From the NCBI GenBank assembly GCA_947627355.1, contig CANQVX010000004.1, forward strand, positions 12,459 to 76,458: 64,000 nt of DNA, given 5' to 3'. A model generated the notes under the pieces. That model was not told the DNA's origin. It was given only the letters and a program-made list of their open reading frames with translations, and did no database searches. This DNA comes from an uncultured Bacilli bacterium (GTDB lineage Bacteria; Bacillota_I; Bacilli_A; RFN20; CAG-631). Below are positions 39,349-49,469 of the stretch, piece after piece. Every line of letters begins with the position of its first letter. The stretch's first letter is position 1. A program made the position numbers and the translations under genes.

Positions 39349-39891
39349 TTACTTTTTTAGATAGTTAGGATCAATGATTCCAATATAATTTAAATTACGA
39401 AACTTTTCATTATAATCAAGGCCATAGCCAATAACAAAATGATTTTCAATATCAAAGCCTAAATAATCAGGATTTATTTCTACTTTTCTACGAGCGTTTT
39501 TATTAATCAAAGCAACAATCTTTACTGATTTAGCCTTGTTTTCTTTAAAATAAGTACATAGTTTGTTTAAAGTAAGGCCGGTATCAACGATATCTTCAAC
39601 AATTAAAATGTCACGGTCTTTAATTTCAAAATTTGCAATTGATGTGATGTTTACTTGTTCAGTAGTAGTGCTATCAACATAACTACTAGCCTTCATAAAT
39701 TCCATTTGAAAAGGAATTGTGATATGTTTTACAAGTTCAACATAAAACATAACAGCACCTTTTAAAGTACAAATTAGGATGGGATTTTTATTTTCATAAT
39801 CTTTACTAATAATAGTTCCTAATTCTTTACATTTTTTTATGATTTGTTTTTCGTTTATTAAAATCTTACTAACCGCTTCATCTTTTGGCAT
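39349..39891 (-). CDS. hpt: hypoxanthine-guanine phosphoribosyltransferase
   Basis: PRPP-binding motif ILIVEDIVDTGLTL. About 180 aa. SD AAGGAAGG upstream of the internal ATG, giving MPKDEAV.... Confidence 0.85.
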   Translation of the reverse strand: MPKDEAVSKILINEKQIIKKCKELGTIISKDYENKNPILICTLKGAVMFYVELVKHITIPFQMEFMKASSYVDSTTTEQVNITSIANFEIKDRDILIVEDIVDTGLTLNKLCTYFKENKAKSVKIVALINKNARRKVEINPDYLGFDIENHFVIGYGLDYNEKFRNLNYIGIIDPNYLKK

Positions 39892-40061
39892 GTTTTTCCT
39901 TCCTTTCAACAACAAAGTTAATTGTACAATATTTTTAACTAAAAAGATATGTATTTTTTAAAAATGTTCCAACTTGATAAATAAAAAAAATCAATTGAAA
40001 TCGCGTTTGAAAAAAGTTAAAATTAATGTACTAACCAATTTATTCTAGGGAGGTCTTTTTC

Positions 40062-40856
40062 TTGAAAAAGAAATTTTATGCGATTTTTTTAGTTTTTGTG
40101 TCCGTTTTTTTATTTGGTTGTAACCAAAAAGATAAAGATTCTAATAAATTATTAACTAACTGGCCAATTGCTGTTAGAACAATGATTGAAGATAATTATA
40201 ATTATGAAATTCCATTTTATAATAAAGCTAAGGAATATTATGCAGATTTAGATGGTGATAATAATTTGATACTTCATTGCATCTTAGATGAAAAAACTGA
40301 TTCAAATGAAGTCTTAGAAGAATATTCAACTATCTGTGTTAATAAAAACTGGCAAGTAGATAAAGTAACTAAAACATATTTCAATCCGGCTGATTTTACA
40401 AATTATGATTATGATGTTTATTATGCTCATAAAGAATATAATGAAGAACTAGGCCTAGCTTTAGAATTTCTTGCTGGTAATTATCGTGGTGACTTAAGTC
40501 TTGATATTATTTGTAGTAAATATGTGCCAATTAATACCACTGTGTGGCCAACTGATTTAATTCAAGAGTTACTAGGCATTACTATTCCTAGTTTTGAAAA
40601 AGAAGAATTTAGATATGTAGTTTCTACAAAAGTTGATGAAATGACCGATGATGTTTATATTTATATAACAATTACCAATGCTACTTATGAAGATGAACTT
40701 GCTTATAAAGAAATATTAGAAAATGCTGGTTATTTAATCTTTGAAACTGATAATGATATAACTGGTAATTTTGCTGTTGATTTACAAGTTACTCATTGCA
40801 TTCAATATAAATATAATGAAGGTTATGGCTTAGAATTGTTTATTTACAATTTATAA
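40062..40856 (+). CDS. hypothetical lipoprotein (264 aa)
   Basis: Lipobox signal peptide (VFLFGC). No recognisable domain. Confidence 0.6.
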   Translation: MKKKFYAIFLVFVSVFLFGCNQKDKDSNKLLTNWPIAVRTMIEDNYNYEIPFYNKAKEYYADLDGDNNLILHCILDEKTDSNEVLEEYSTICVNKNWQVDKVTKTYFNPADFTNYDYDVYYAHKEYNEELGLALEFLAGNYRGDLSLDIICSKYVPINTTVWPTDLIQELLGITIPSFEKEEFRYVVSTKVDEMTDDVYIYITITNATYEDELAYKEILENAGYLIFETDNDITGNFAVDLQVTHCIQYKYNEGYGLELFIYNL

Positions 40857-40944
40857 TTTGTTTTTTTAATTTTGTGCTATAATAAGTTTATAAAACAAGT
40901 CACATGTATCTATCGTACATTAACTTATTATAGGGGTGATAAAA

Positions 40945-41808
40945 ATGAAAAAAAGAAATACGTTATTTACAATTTTGCCTTGTTTAGCTTTAGCTTTAGT
41001 TAGCCAAACTAGTTGTTCTAAAAACGATGATTCACTAAACGATGTATCATTTAACAATTTATACAACTATTTTGCAATTAGTAGTATTCATATGTTAAGT
41101 GATGCTAGTCCAGTAACAGCCTTAAATAAAAAAATGGCGCCACTTACTCAAACTGAAAAAGATACCATTATTGACAATTTAAAGATTGTTGAAGATATGT
41201 TATCTAACAATGTTAACGTAAGTCCTGAACAAGTATCAGATCGTCAAGGATATGAAAAAATGTACACAGTTCAAACATCATATCTAACAACACCTGAAAC
41301 TTATACTTTCTACTATACTGAAACAAAATTAGATGTTGTTGATGATGACGATGATGATTTTGATTGGGAAAAAGAAGAAAACTTTAGATTAACAGGTATT
41401 GTTATTTGTGACAGTGTTGAATATTCATTAACTGGAACTAAAGAAGTCGAAGACAACGAAACAGAAATTAGTTTTAGAATTCAAAAAGATGCTACTAATT
41501 ATGTAGAAATCGAACATGAACAAGAAACTAATGAAAGAAGTTTTGAATACAGCCAATATACTAATGGTGTCAAAGTATTTGAAACTGAAATGGAATATGA
41601 ATACAACAAAAACAAAGATCGTTTAGAAGTTGAATTCGAAAAAGAATCAGCAAACAATAAAGAATCATATAAATATTTCTATGTGACACGTAATAACAAA
41701 CAATACATTGAAGTTATTTATACTAAAAATAAAGAAAAGAAAACATACTACATTAGAATTGAAAAAGATGCTACAACTAATGAAGTAAGTTATGTTTTTG
41801 AAGAATAA
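40945..41808 (+). CDS. hypothetical lipoprotein, acidic (290 aa)
   Basis: Signal peptide with lipobox (LVSQTSC). Asp/Glu-rich (DVVDDDDDDFDWEKEEN). SD GGGGTGA. Confidence 0.6.
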   Translation: MKKRNTLFTILPCLALALVSQTSCSKNDDSLNDVSFNNLYNYFAISSIHMLSDASPVTALNKKMAPLTQTEKDTIIDNLKIVEDMLSNNVNVSPEQVSDRQGYEKMYTVQTSYLTTPETYTFYYTETKLDVVDDDDDDFDWEKEENFRLTGIVICDSVEYSLTGTKEVEDNETEISFRIQKDATNYVEIEHEQETNERSFEYSQYTNGVKVFETEMEYEYNKNKDRLEVEFEKESANNKESYKYFYVTRNNKQYIEVIYTKNKEKKTYYIRIEKDATTNEVSYVFEE

Positions 41809-41828
41809 CTAATTAAAATTTATCGATA

Positions 41829-41868
41829 AAAAGGAACTTTTTAAATACATAAGGTTCCTTTTTTTATT
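41829..41868 (+). terminator. rho-independent terminator
   Basis: AAAGGAAC...GTTCCTTT stem followed by TTTTTTATTT. Confidence 0.7.
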
Positions 41869-41934
41869 TAATCTAACAAATTAGTTTTTGATTGTGCTAT
41901 ACTATTTAAGGTTTTTTAAAAAAGGGATAATAAG

Positions 41935-43329
41935 ATGAAAAAGAAAGAAATTGATTTAACTAGTGGTAATTTATTTAAAAAGATATTAATCGTTGCTATA
42001 CCTTTAATAATTTCTGGTGTTTTGCAACTTTTTTATAATGCTGCTGATTTAATTGTCTGTGGTCAATTTGGTTCAGCTCATTCCGTTGCTGCTATTTCCT
42101 CAACCAATCCTTTAATTAACTTATTATGTAACTTATTTTTAGGCCTTAGTGTTGGTGCTAATGTTGTAATGGCTAGAAGTTATGGCTCTAATGATAAAGA
42201 AAAATGCCATCGAATAGTACATACTTCCATGTTACTTTCAGTTATTATAGGAATTGTTATAGGTATAGTTGGTTTAATCTTTTCCTATACTTTCTTAAAA
42301 TGGATGAAAACACCAGTAGATGTAATAAACTTATCAAATCAATATTTAAGTATTTATTTTCTAGGTTTACCTTTTTCAATGATTTATAACTATGGTGCTA
42401 GTATTTTAAGAGCAACAGGCGATACTAAACATCCCTTTTTTTTCTTATTATTTGCCGGTATAATCAATATAATTTTAAATTTAATCTTAGTAATTGTCTT
42501 TAAATTAGATGTTGCTGGTGTTGCTATAGCTACTATCACTTCACAATGCATATCAGCCATTTTAGTTGTTATTTGTTTGATTCATAATAATGGCTTTTGT
42601 CATTTATCTTTAAAACAACTAAGACTTCATAAAAATGAATTAAAAGATATTATTTTTGTTGGTGTTCCAGCAGGTATTCAAAGTGCTATCTTTTCTATTT
42701 CTAATGTTTTGATTCAATCTAGTGTTAATAGTTTAGGAACTATTGTTATGGATGGCAATGGTGCTTCAACTAGTCTTGAAGGATTTGTTTATACTAGTAT
42801 GAATTCAGTAGCTCAAACAGGGCTTGCTTTTATTAGTGCTAATTATGGTGCTAAAAACAAAAAAAATATCAATCGATCGATAATTTATACATCAATACTT
42901 GTTATTATTTTTGGTTTAGGACTAGGTGGTCTTATGATTTTATTTGCTAAACCATTGCTTGGTTTATATGCTTCAACGCATAAAGAAATAATAACAATTG
43001 GTTATAAACGATTAGTTATTATCTGTTCTACTTATTTTTTATGTGGTTTAATGGATACTTTTGCTTATTCATTAAGAGGAATAGGTTATTCAATACTTCC
43101 AACCATTGTTTCTTTATGTGGTGGTTGTGGTCTACGTATCTTATGGATTTATACTATCTTTAAGATTCCTCAATATAACAATTTACAAAGTTTGAGTGTT
43201 TCTTATCCGGTTTCATGGTTAATTACAACACTAGTTCATCTAATATTATTTTTAATCTTAAGTCGAAAAGTTTATAAACGATTAGATAACGAAAAAATAA
43301 TCAGTACACCCGAGTTAAAAACAAATTAA
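41935..43329 (+). CDS. MATE-family multidrug/oligosaccharidyl-lipid efflux transporter
   Basis: 12 TM segments. MATE N-terminus (LFKKILIVAIPLIISGVLQLFYNAADLIVCGQFG). Two repeated 6-TM halves. Confidence 0.8.
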   Translation: MKKKEIDLTSGNLFKKILIVAIPLIISGVLQLFYNAADLIVCGQFGSAHSVAAISSTNPLINLLCNLFLGLSVGANVVMARSYGSNDKEKCHRIVHTSMLLSVIIGIVIGIVGLIFSYTFLKWMKTPVDVINLSNQYLSIYFLGLPFSMIYNYGASILRATGDTKHPFFFLLFAGIINIILNLILVIVFKLDVAGVAIATITSQCISAILVVICLIHNNGFCHLSLKQLRLHKNELKDIIFVGVPAGIQSAIFSISNVLIQSSVNSLGTIVMDGNGASTSLEGFVYTSMNSVAQTGLAFISANYGAKNKKNINRSIIYTSILVIIFGLGLGGLMILFAKPLLGLYASTHKEIITIGYKRLVIICSTYFLCGLMDTFAYSLRGIGYSILPTIVSLCGGCGLRILWIYTIFKIPQYNNLQSLSVSYPVSWLITTLVHLILFLILSRKVYKRLDNEKIISTPELKTN

Positions 43330-43389
43330 ATATTGCTTGCAATTGCTTGATTTTTCTAATAAAATTACCTTATTAAGAGGTAGCAAATT

Positions 43390-45600
43390 ATGAAAAAATT
43401 TAAAAAAGCGTTGATGTTTGTTTTAAGTTTGTTTTTGTTAAGTTCATGTAATTTATTTGATAATTCTAAAAGTGATTCTACAAATTCATCAAATCTGTCG
43501 AGTGATTCGTCATTTTCAACAGATATTACAGCAATTCGTGATGTAATTGATTCAACTGGTGGTAAGTATACTATTGAAGGAACAATTACTAAAGTTAGAC
43601 TAAATGAAGATGATGCTGATATCTGGATTCAAAATTATAATGATACAACTCAAGATGATGATGCAATTTTAATTAAAAATGCCCCTAGATATTATAATCC
43701 AGGTGAATTTGTAAAAGTTACTGGAACCTATGGTTTAGTTAATGATTTACCAACTATAACAAGTGAAAAAATGTCGGTACAATCGGGAAGTGATAGTCAT
43801 TTACATGCTCCTCTTAAAATGACTTCAACTTTGTTTAATGATTATTCTAAATATTTACTAAATAGATTAGTTAAAATAGAAAATGCTATCATTGTTAGTT
43901 TATCTTATTATGAAGATAGTAATAATGTCCTAGCTAATTTAAACTTTTCAGGACTTACCATTGAAGTTAGAGTTCAATGTGGTAATGCAACTTCAACAGT
44001 TAACATTAAAAATGAAATGCAAAAAGCTAAAGATAAAGGTGCAAATGTTAATTTAACAGGTTTACTTGAAGTAAATCTTGATAAAGATGGTTTTCAAGTT
44101 TTAGTTATTGATGAAGCCGATTTTAGTATGGATGCTATTATTGGTGAACAATCATTACAAATCTATGCTATTAATGATTTCCATGGTTCTGTTGTTCCAA
44201 ATGGTAATGAAGCCGGTATCTTAAAAGTTGGTAGTTTCTTAAAAGAAAAGAAAGAAACTGAAGATGCAATCTTAATTAATTCTGGTGACTTATGGCAAGG
44301 TTCAATTGAATCAAATTTGAATCATGGTGAATTATTAACTGATTGTATGAATGAAATTGGTTTTGATTGTTTTACTTTAGGAAACCATGAATTTGACTGG
44401 GGTGCAACTTTTATTGAACGTAATAGAAATCGTAAAAGTAAAGATAATTATCAAACTCCTTTCTTAGCAGCTAATATTTATAATTATGATATTAATAAAA
44501 AAGAAGTTTTAGATTTTGCAAATCTAGGTAATAAATACACCATTAAAACAATGGAAAATGGTTTAAAAGTCGGCATTATTGGTGTTATTGGTGAAGATCA
44601 AATTACTTCAATTTCATCTCAATATGCTGATGCTTATACATTTGAAAACCCAACTCCTATTATCAAAGAGTTATCTGATAAATTAAGGGTTGAACAAGAA
44701 GTCGATGTTGTTTTACTTTCTTGCCATACTAATCAAGAAAGTATCAAAGGTGCTTTAGGCGAAGATAGTGAAGGTATCACACTTGTTTCAAGTGTTTCTA
44801 ATAAACGTTATGTTGATGCGGTCTTTTGTGCTCATAGCCATTATGATGAAACTGATTATGTAAATGGTGTTCCATTTATTCAAGGTGGTAGCAATGGAAA
44901 ATATATCTCATCAGTTAAATTATCTATTGGTAGTGCTGGTAATATCAGCTGTGATAATTATGAAAATCTAAATGCTACTAGAGTTAGTTATACTAAAGCT
45001 GATGAAACATTAAATGAATTAATTAACACTTATAAAGCTCAAAGTGATATAACTGGTAGTGAAGTTGTTGGAAAATTATCAGGCCAATTAACTAAATCAG
45101 ATACTTTAGTTAACTTTGTCTGTGCAGCCATTGCAAATTATGCCGCTGAAAACGATATTGAAATTGATTATGCTATAGCTAATACTGGTAGAGCTAACAT
45201 CAGTGGTTCAGTTACTTATGCAAGTCTTTATAAAGCCCTACCTTTTGATAATAAGATTTATGTCATTGAAGCATCTGGTAGTGATATCAGTAAAGAAGCT
45301 AGATATAATGCTATGTATCGTGTAAATCCACAAGCAATAAACAATAATAAACGTTATAAGGTTGCTGTTCTTGATTATCTAGCATTCCATAGAAATAGTA
45401 GAAGAAACTATGATTACTTCTTAGAAGCTGTATTAGTTAGTGAATTTATTAAATCTGGTTATGAAATCTATAACTATCGCGATTTAACAGCAGATTACAT
45501 GAGAAGCTTTGGTAATGCTACTATTGATGTCTCAAATTATACTGATACAAACTTACACCACGATACTTCAAAACTTACAACCAATGTAACTTTTAGCTAA
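43390..45600 (+). CDS. lipoprotein 5'-nucleotidase/calcineurin-like metallophosphoesterase with N-terminal OB-fold domain
   Basis: Lipobox (FLLSSC). Metallophosphatase motifs (INDFHG, NSGDLWQGS, GNHEFDWG, CHSH). C-terminal 5'-nucleotidase substrate-binding domain. Confidence 0.75.
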   Translation: MKKFKKALMFVLSLFLLSSCNLFDNSKSDSTNSSNLSSDSSFSTDITAIRDVIDSTGGKYTIEGTITKVRLNEDDADIWIQNYNDTTQDDDAILIKNAPRYYNPGEFVKVTGTYGLVNDLPTITSEKMSVQSGSDSHLHAPLKMTSTLFNDYSKYLLNRLVKIENAIIVSLSYYEDSNNVLANLNFSGLTIEVRVQCGNATSTVNIKNEMQKAKDKGANVNLTGLLEVNLDKDGFQVLVIDEADFSMDAIIGEQSLQIYAINDFHGSVVPNGNEAGILKVGSFLKEKKETEDAILINSGDLWQGSIESNLNHGELLTDCMNEIGFDCFTLGNHEFDWGATFIERNRNRKSKDNYQTPFLAANIYNYDINKKEVLDFANLGNKYTIKTMENGLKVGIIGVIGEDQITSISSQYADAYTFENPTPIIKELSDKLRVEQEVDVVLLSCHTNQESIKGALGEDSEGITLVSSVSNKRYVDAVFCAHSHYDETDYVNGVPFIQGGSNGKYISSVKLSIGSAGNISCDNYENLNATRVSYTKADETLNELINTYKAQSDITGSEVVGKLSGQLTKSDTLVNFVCAAIANYAAENDIEIDYAIANTGRANISGSVTYASLYKALPFDNKIYVIEASGSDISKEARYNAMYRVNPQAINNNKRYKVAVLDYLAFHRNSRRNYDYFLEAVLVSEFIKSGYEIYNYRDLTADYMRSFGNATIDVSNYTDTNLHHDTSKLTTNVTFS

Positions 45601-45661
45601 ACTCGACAAAAAATAAAAAAAATGCTATATTAATTAACGGATTAGAATAGGATGTGCTCGT

Positions 45662-46297
45662 ATGCAATTTTTACAAAAAGAAACGACTAAAAAATGCATT
45701 ATTGCGATAGTCTATTTATGTCTTGGCGTTGTCTTATGTTTCTTTCCAAGCCAAGTTAAAATCTTTGTATGTTATGTTTTTGGTGGCTTATTAATCGCTG
45801 CTGGTATTATTCGTATCATCAGTTATTATTCTAAATTTAAAGGTCTCCATTCATTTATGATAAATGGGCCACTTGCTGGCATTCTATCGATAATTTTTGG
45901 TATTTTCTTTATTTGTTTTCCAGCTATTGTTACTAAGATTTATCCTATTTTAATTGGTGCCTATTTTATTTTAAGAGGTATTGGAAAAATTGTTAGATCA
46001 CAAGCTTATCGTTATGCTGGAATTTCATTTTGGTGGTTTGATTTAGTTGTTGGCTTAATATTATGTTGTTTTTCAATAGCCTTGATTGTAATTGATGTCT
46101 TTAAAAATGGTAACTTAGTTGTATATCTAACCGCAGCTAGCTTAATAGTTCAAGGAATTATCAATATCTTAAATATGGTATTTTTAAGTGCTAATATGGA
46201 TGATTTACAAAAAACTTTTGATAGAAAAGCAAATCATCAAAAAGATAGTAGAATCAAAGATGATGTTATAGAAGTGGATGAACATGACCATGAATAA
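45662..46297 (+). CDS. HdeD-family (DUF308) membrane protein
   Basis: Repeated paired-TM units with the Gly-rich pattern (FGGLLIAAGIIRII, LAGILSIIFGIFFICFP, ILIGAYFILRGIGKIV) typical of HdeD/DUF308. Confidence 0.55.
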   Translation: MQFLQKETTKKCIIAIVYLCLGVVLCFFPSQVKIFVCYVFGGLLIAAGIIRIISYYSKFKGLHSFMINGPLAGILSIIFGIFFICFPAIVTKIYPILIGAYFILRGIGKIVRSQAYRYAGISFWWFDLVVGLILCCFSIALIVIDVFKNGNLVVYLTAASLIVQGIINILNMVFLSANMDDLQKTFDRKANHQKDSRIKDDVIEVDEHDHE

Positions 46298-46775
46298 CAA
46301 TGAATTACTTGATTCTATCGACAAATTATGTAATGAAAAAGAATTTGTTCAAGCACGTATCATGCTTGAATCTTATTTAAACGATAATAAAAATGATAAA
46401 AAAGCGAACTATTTAATGGTTCGCATTTTAACTAAAGACTATACTGATTATGAAGTAAATGAAGATTTTGAACAATATTTTCAAGAAGTTTTAAGTAAAA
46501 CTCCTTTATCTGAAAGACAAAAATTGTTAAAAGAATATAATGATTACATTGATAATCGAAATCTTTATCAAGATAGAAAATCGGAACCTGAAAATAGTAA
46601 GAAAAGTTCGTTTCCATCGATAAATTTTGTTGTTTTTATTATCTGTTTACTTTTTAGTGTTGGTCTATGTTTAGTCTGTGCCAGCCAATATCTTGCTGGT
46701 GCAATTATTATATTTATTAGTCTAATTGTTGGACTAATCATTCTTTTCAAGAAAATGTTTACTAAGAAAGGATGA
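46278..46775 (+). CDS. hypothetical protein, soluble helical N-domain plus two C-terminal TM helices
   Basis: 165 aa ORF. Overlaps the upstream gene by 20 nt and the downstream gene by 4 nt, which suggests translational coupling. Confidence 0.4.
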   Translation: MNMTMNNNELLDSIDKLCNEKEFVQARIMLESYLNDNKNDKKANYLMVRILTKDYTDYEVNEDFEQYFQEVLSKTPLSERQKLLKEYNDYIDNRNLYQDRKSEPENSKKSSFPSINFVVFIICLLFSVGLCLVCASQYLAGAIIIFISLIVGLIILFKKMFTKKG

Positions 46776-47683
46776 ATGATATGGATATAAAAAAGAATAT
46801 GAATTGTCTTTTTATCAATAATCCTAACAGTGGAAAAGGTAAAATATCAAAAAAACTTAACTATATTAAAGCTAAGTTAGAAGAAACTTTTAAAAGTGTT
46901 GATATTAAAACACCTAGTAATCATGATGAAACCTTAATTTTAGCAAGTCATGCCTGTGATAATTATGATGTTTTAGTTTTTGCTGGTGGGGATGGTACTT
47001 TTAATAATATCGTTAATGCGATAGCAAATAAAAATAAAAGGCCAATCCTTGGCTATATTCCGGCTGGAACTGTAAATGATATTTCCAAAAACTTTAAAAT
47101 TTCTAAAAACATTAAAAAGGCCATTAAAACTATTCAAAAGGGTTATGTTCAAAGTTTTGATATAGGAAAAGTTACTTATCTAGATAACGATAACATCGAT
47201 GTTAATTATTTTGTTTATGTCATGGCTATGGGTAGTTTTGCTCATGTAAGTTATGATACAAACCAAGATGTTAAACGTAAATTTGGTAGAGTTGCTTATT
47301 ATCTAAGAGTTGTTAAAGAAGTGTTAAAAAAGCACCTTTTTACCGTCAAAATTTCATTTAACGATGATTCAAAAATTGAAATGGAAACCCCATTGGTTCT
47401 TATTTTAAATTCTTGTAGTGTTGGTGGTTTCAAAGTAAACAAGAAATCAAAAATGAACGATGGACTATTTGATGTTTATGTTATGAAACCTGGTTTTGCT
47501 AGTGGTTTATTTAATGTCATTAGAAAAAGAAAACATATCCTAAAGAAAGCAAGTTCAATGATTGTTCATTTAGATAGTGAATGGTCATGGTGTGTTGATG
47601 GTGAAAAAGGTTATTCAAAAACTATTCAAGTTGAAAACTTAAATAACCATCTAAAGATTTTTTCAAAAATCAAATGTGATTAA
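46772..47683 (+). CDS. diacylglycerol kinase catalytic-domain lipid kinase (YegS/DagK family)
   Basis: VLVFAGGDGTFNNIVNAI (GGDGT motif). GYIPAGTVNDISKNF. Confidence 0.8.
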   Translation: MNDMDIKKNMNCLFINNPNSGKGKISKKLNYIKAKLEETFKSVDIKTPSNHDETLILASHACDNYDVLVFAGGDGTFNNIVNAIANKNKRPILGYIPAGTVNDISKNFKISKNIKKAIKTIQKGYVQSFDIGKVTYLDNDNIDVNYFVYVMAMGSFAHVSYDTNQDVKRKFGRVAYYLRVVKEVLKKHLFTVKISFNDDSKIEMETPLVLILNSCSVGGFKVNKKSKMNDGLFDVYVMKPGFASGLFNVIRKRKHILKKASSMIVHLDSEWSWCVDGEKGYSKTIQVENLNNHLKIFSKIKCD

Positions 47684-47798
47684 GCAATGATTAATTTCGT
47701 TGCTTTTTTTAAAATTTGGCCATAATAAGGTATGAAAGTTTATTTGATTTATCAAATAAAAGAGTGTAAAATAGATTGCAGTGTGGAGAGTGATTTAA

Positions 47799-48617
47799 AT
47801 GTCTTTATTATCCATTAAAAATCTTCATGTCGAAGTTGAAGGAAAAGAAATTTTAAAAGGTATTGATTTAGAAATCAATGCTCATGAAATACATGCTTTA
47901 CTTGGCCCTAATGGTAATGGTAAATCAACCTTATTATCAGCAATTATGGGTCAACCAAAATATAAAATTAGTCAAGGTAGCATTACCTATAAAGGTAAAG
48001 ATGTTTTAAAAATGTCTGTTGATGAAAGAGCTAAGGCCGGTTTATTTCTAGCCCTTCAATATCCTCCTGAAATTCCAGGAGTTATTAATAGTGAATTTTT
48101 AAAAGCTGCTATTAATACTAGACTTGAAAAACCAGTATCTTTATATCGTTTTATCAAAGAATTAGAAGATGCTACTAAAGAAGTAGACTTACCACTTGAT
48201 ATTGTTCATCGTTCATTGAACGATGGTTTTAGTGGTGGTGAAAAGAAAAGAAATGAAATCATTCAAATGAAACTATTAAAACCTGAACTTGCTATGCTTG
48301 ATGAAATTGATTCAGGTCTTGATGTTGATGCTTTAAAAGCTGTTGTTAGTTCTATTCAAGATGTTATTAATCGTGATGGCAGTGCCTTAGTTGTCTCACA
48401 TTATGCTCGTTTTTATCAATTACTTGAACCTAGTCATGTTCATATTATTATCGATGGTAAAATTGTTATGAATGGTGATGCTAGTCTAATTCAAAGAATT
48501 GATAAAGAAGGCTTTGATTGGTTAAAAGTTGAAAACAACATTGATATTAAAAAAGATAACAGACCAAGTAGTATTGGTTTATGTGGTATAAAGGAAAAAG
48601 TAAATGAAAAACGCTAA
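47799..48617 (+). CDS. sufC: Fe-S cluster assembly ATPase SufC
   Basis: ABC ATPase: GPNGNGKSTLLSAIMG. ABC signature LNDGFSGGEKKRNEIIQ. Walker B LAMLDEIDSGLD. Confidence 0.92.
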   Translation: MSLLSIKNLHVEVEGKEILKGIDLEINAHEIHALLGPNGNGKSTLLSAIMGQPKYKISQGSITYKGKDVLKMSVDERAKAGLFLALQYPPEIPGVINSEFLKAAINTRLEKPVSLYRFIKELEDATKEVDLPLDIVHRSLNDGFSGGEKKRNEIIQMKLLKPELAMLDEIDSGLDVDALKAVVSSIQDVINRDGSALVVSHYARFYQLLEPSHVHIIIDGKIVMNGDASLIQRIDKEGFDWLKVENNIDIKKDNRPSSIGLCGIKEKVNEKR

Positions 48618-49467
48618 GATTACTTTTTTAAATAATGCTGTTACCTTAGATAGCAATAAGTTATTTAACAAAATTACTAACACCATAGAAATCATAGATA
48701 AACAAGACTTAGTTATCAATGTTTTATATGACAATTGTAGTTTTTCAAACCTTAGTATGGTTATTAAAAATAGTAAGGTTACTTTAATTGAAGAATATCA
48801 AGGAAACATTAAACCATTAAACATGGAAATAGAAATTTCTAATGATTCATCACTTTTTAGATTTGGTTTATATGAAAATCTAGAAACTGAATTAAAACTA
48901 GTACGTATTATTAAAAACTATGGTTATTATCAAAATGTTTTATTAGACGTTAGTAAAAATAGTGTGAGTCATGAAGAAGAAACTTCCTTACTATCTCCAC
49001 TTAGTAGATGTGATATCTTTAGTGCTATTTATGCTAATAATAAAGCCGTTAAAGATTACAAGACTAAGTTTAGTCATCAAGTTGTTCATACTTCAAGTGA
49101 TTGTAAAATCTTTGGAATATGTAATGATTTTGCCAAGATGACGATAACTACAGATGCATATATTAAAAAGGGAGCTAGTAATACTAAAGCAACTCAAGAA
49201 GGAAGAATTATCAATCTAGTAGATACTGCTAGTGGCATTATTTTTCCTGATTTACATATTGATGAAAACGATGTTGAAGCAGCTCATAGTTGTAGTGTTG
49301 GAAGTGTTAACTTAGATCACCTTTACTATCTACAAACTAGAGGCTTTAGTTACGAACAAGCTAAAAGCTTATTAATTAAAAGTTACTTCACCCCTATTTA
49401 TCAATATCTAAATGATAAAGAGTTAATAGACAAAGTTACAAAAGCCATTGAAAAAAGGATTGGTTAA
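48604..49467 (+). CDS. sufD: Fe-S cluster assembly protein SufD (short)
   Basis: C-terminal SufB/SufD beta-helix region (EGRIINLVDTASGIIFPDLHIDENDVEAAHSCSVGSVNLDHLYYLQTRGFSYEQAKSLLIKSYF). Position between sufC and sufS. Confidence 0.8.
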   Translation: MKNAKITFLNNAVTLDSNKLFNKITNTIEIIDKQDLVINVLYDNCSFSNLSMVIKNSKVTLIEEYQGNIKPLNMEIEISNDSSLFRFGLYENLETELKLVRIIKNYGYYQNVLLDVSKNSVSHEEETSLLSPLSRCDIFSAIYANNKAVKDYKTKFSHQVVHTSSDCKIFGICNDFAKMTITTDAYIKKGASNTKATQEGRIINLVDTASGIIFPDLHIDENDVEAAHSCSVGSVNLDHLYYLQTRGFSYEQAKSLLIKSYFTPIYQYLNDKELIDKVTKAIEKRIG

Positions 49468-49469
49468 TT

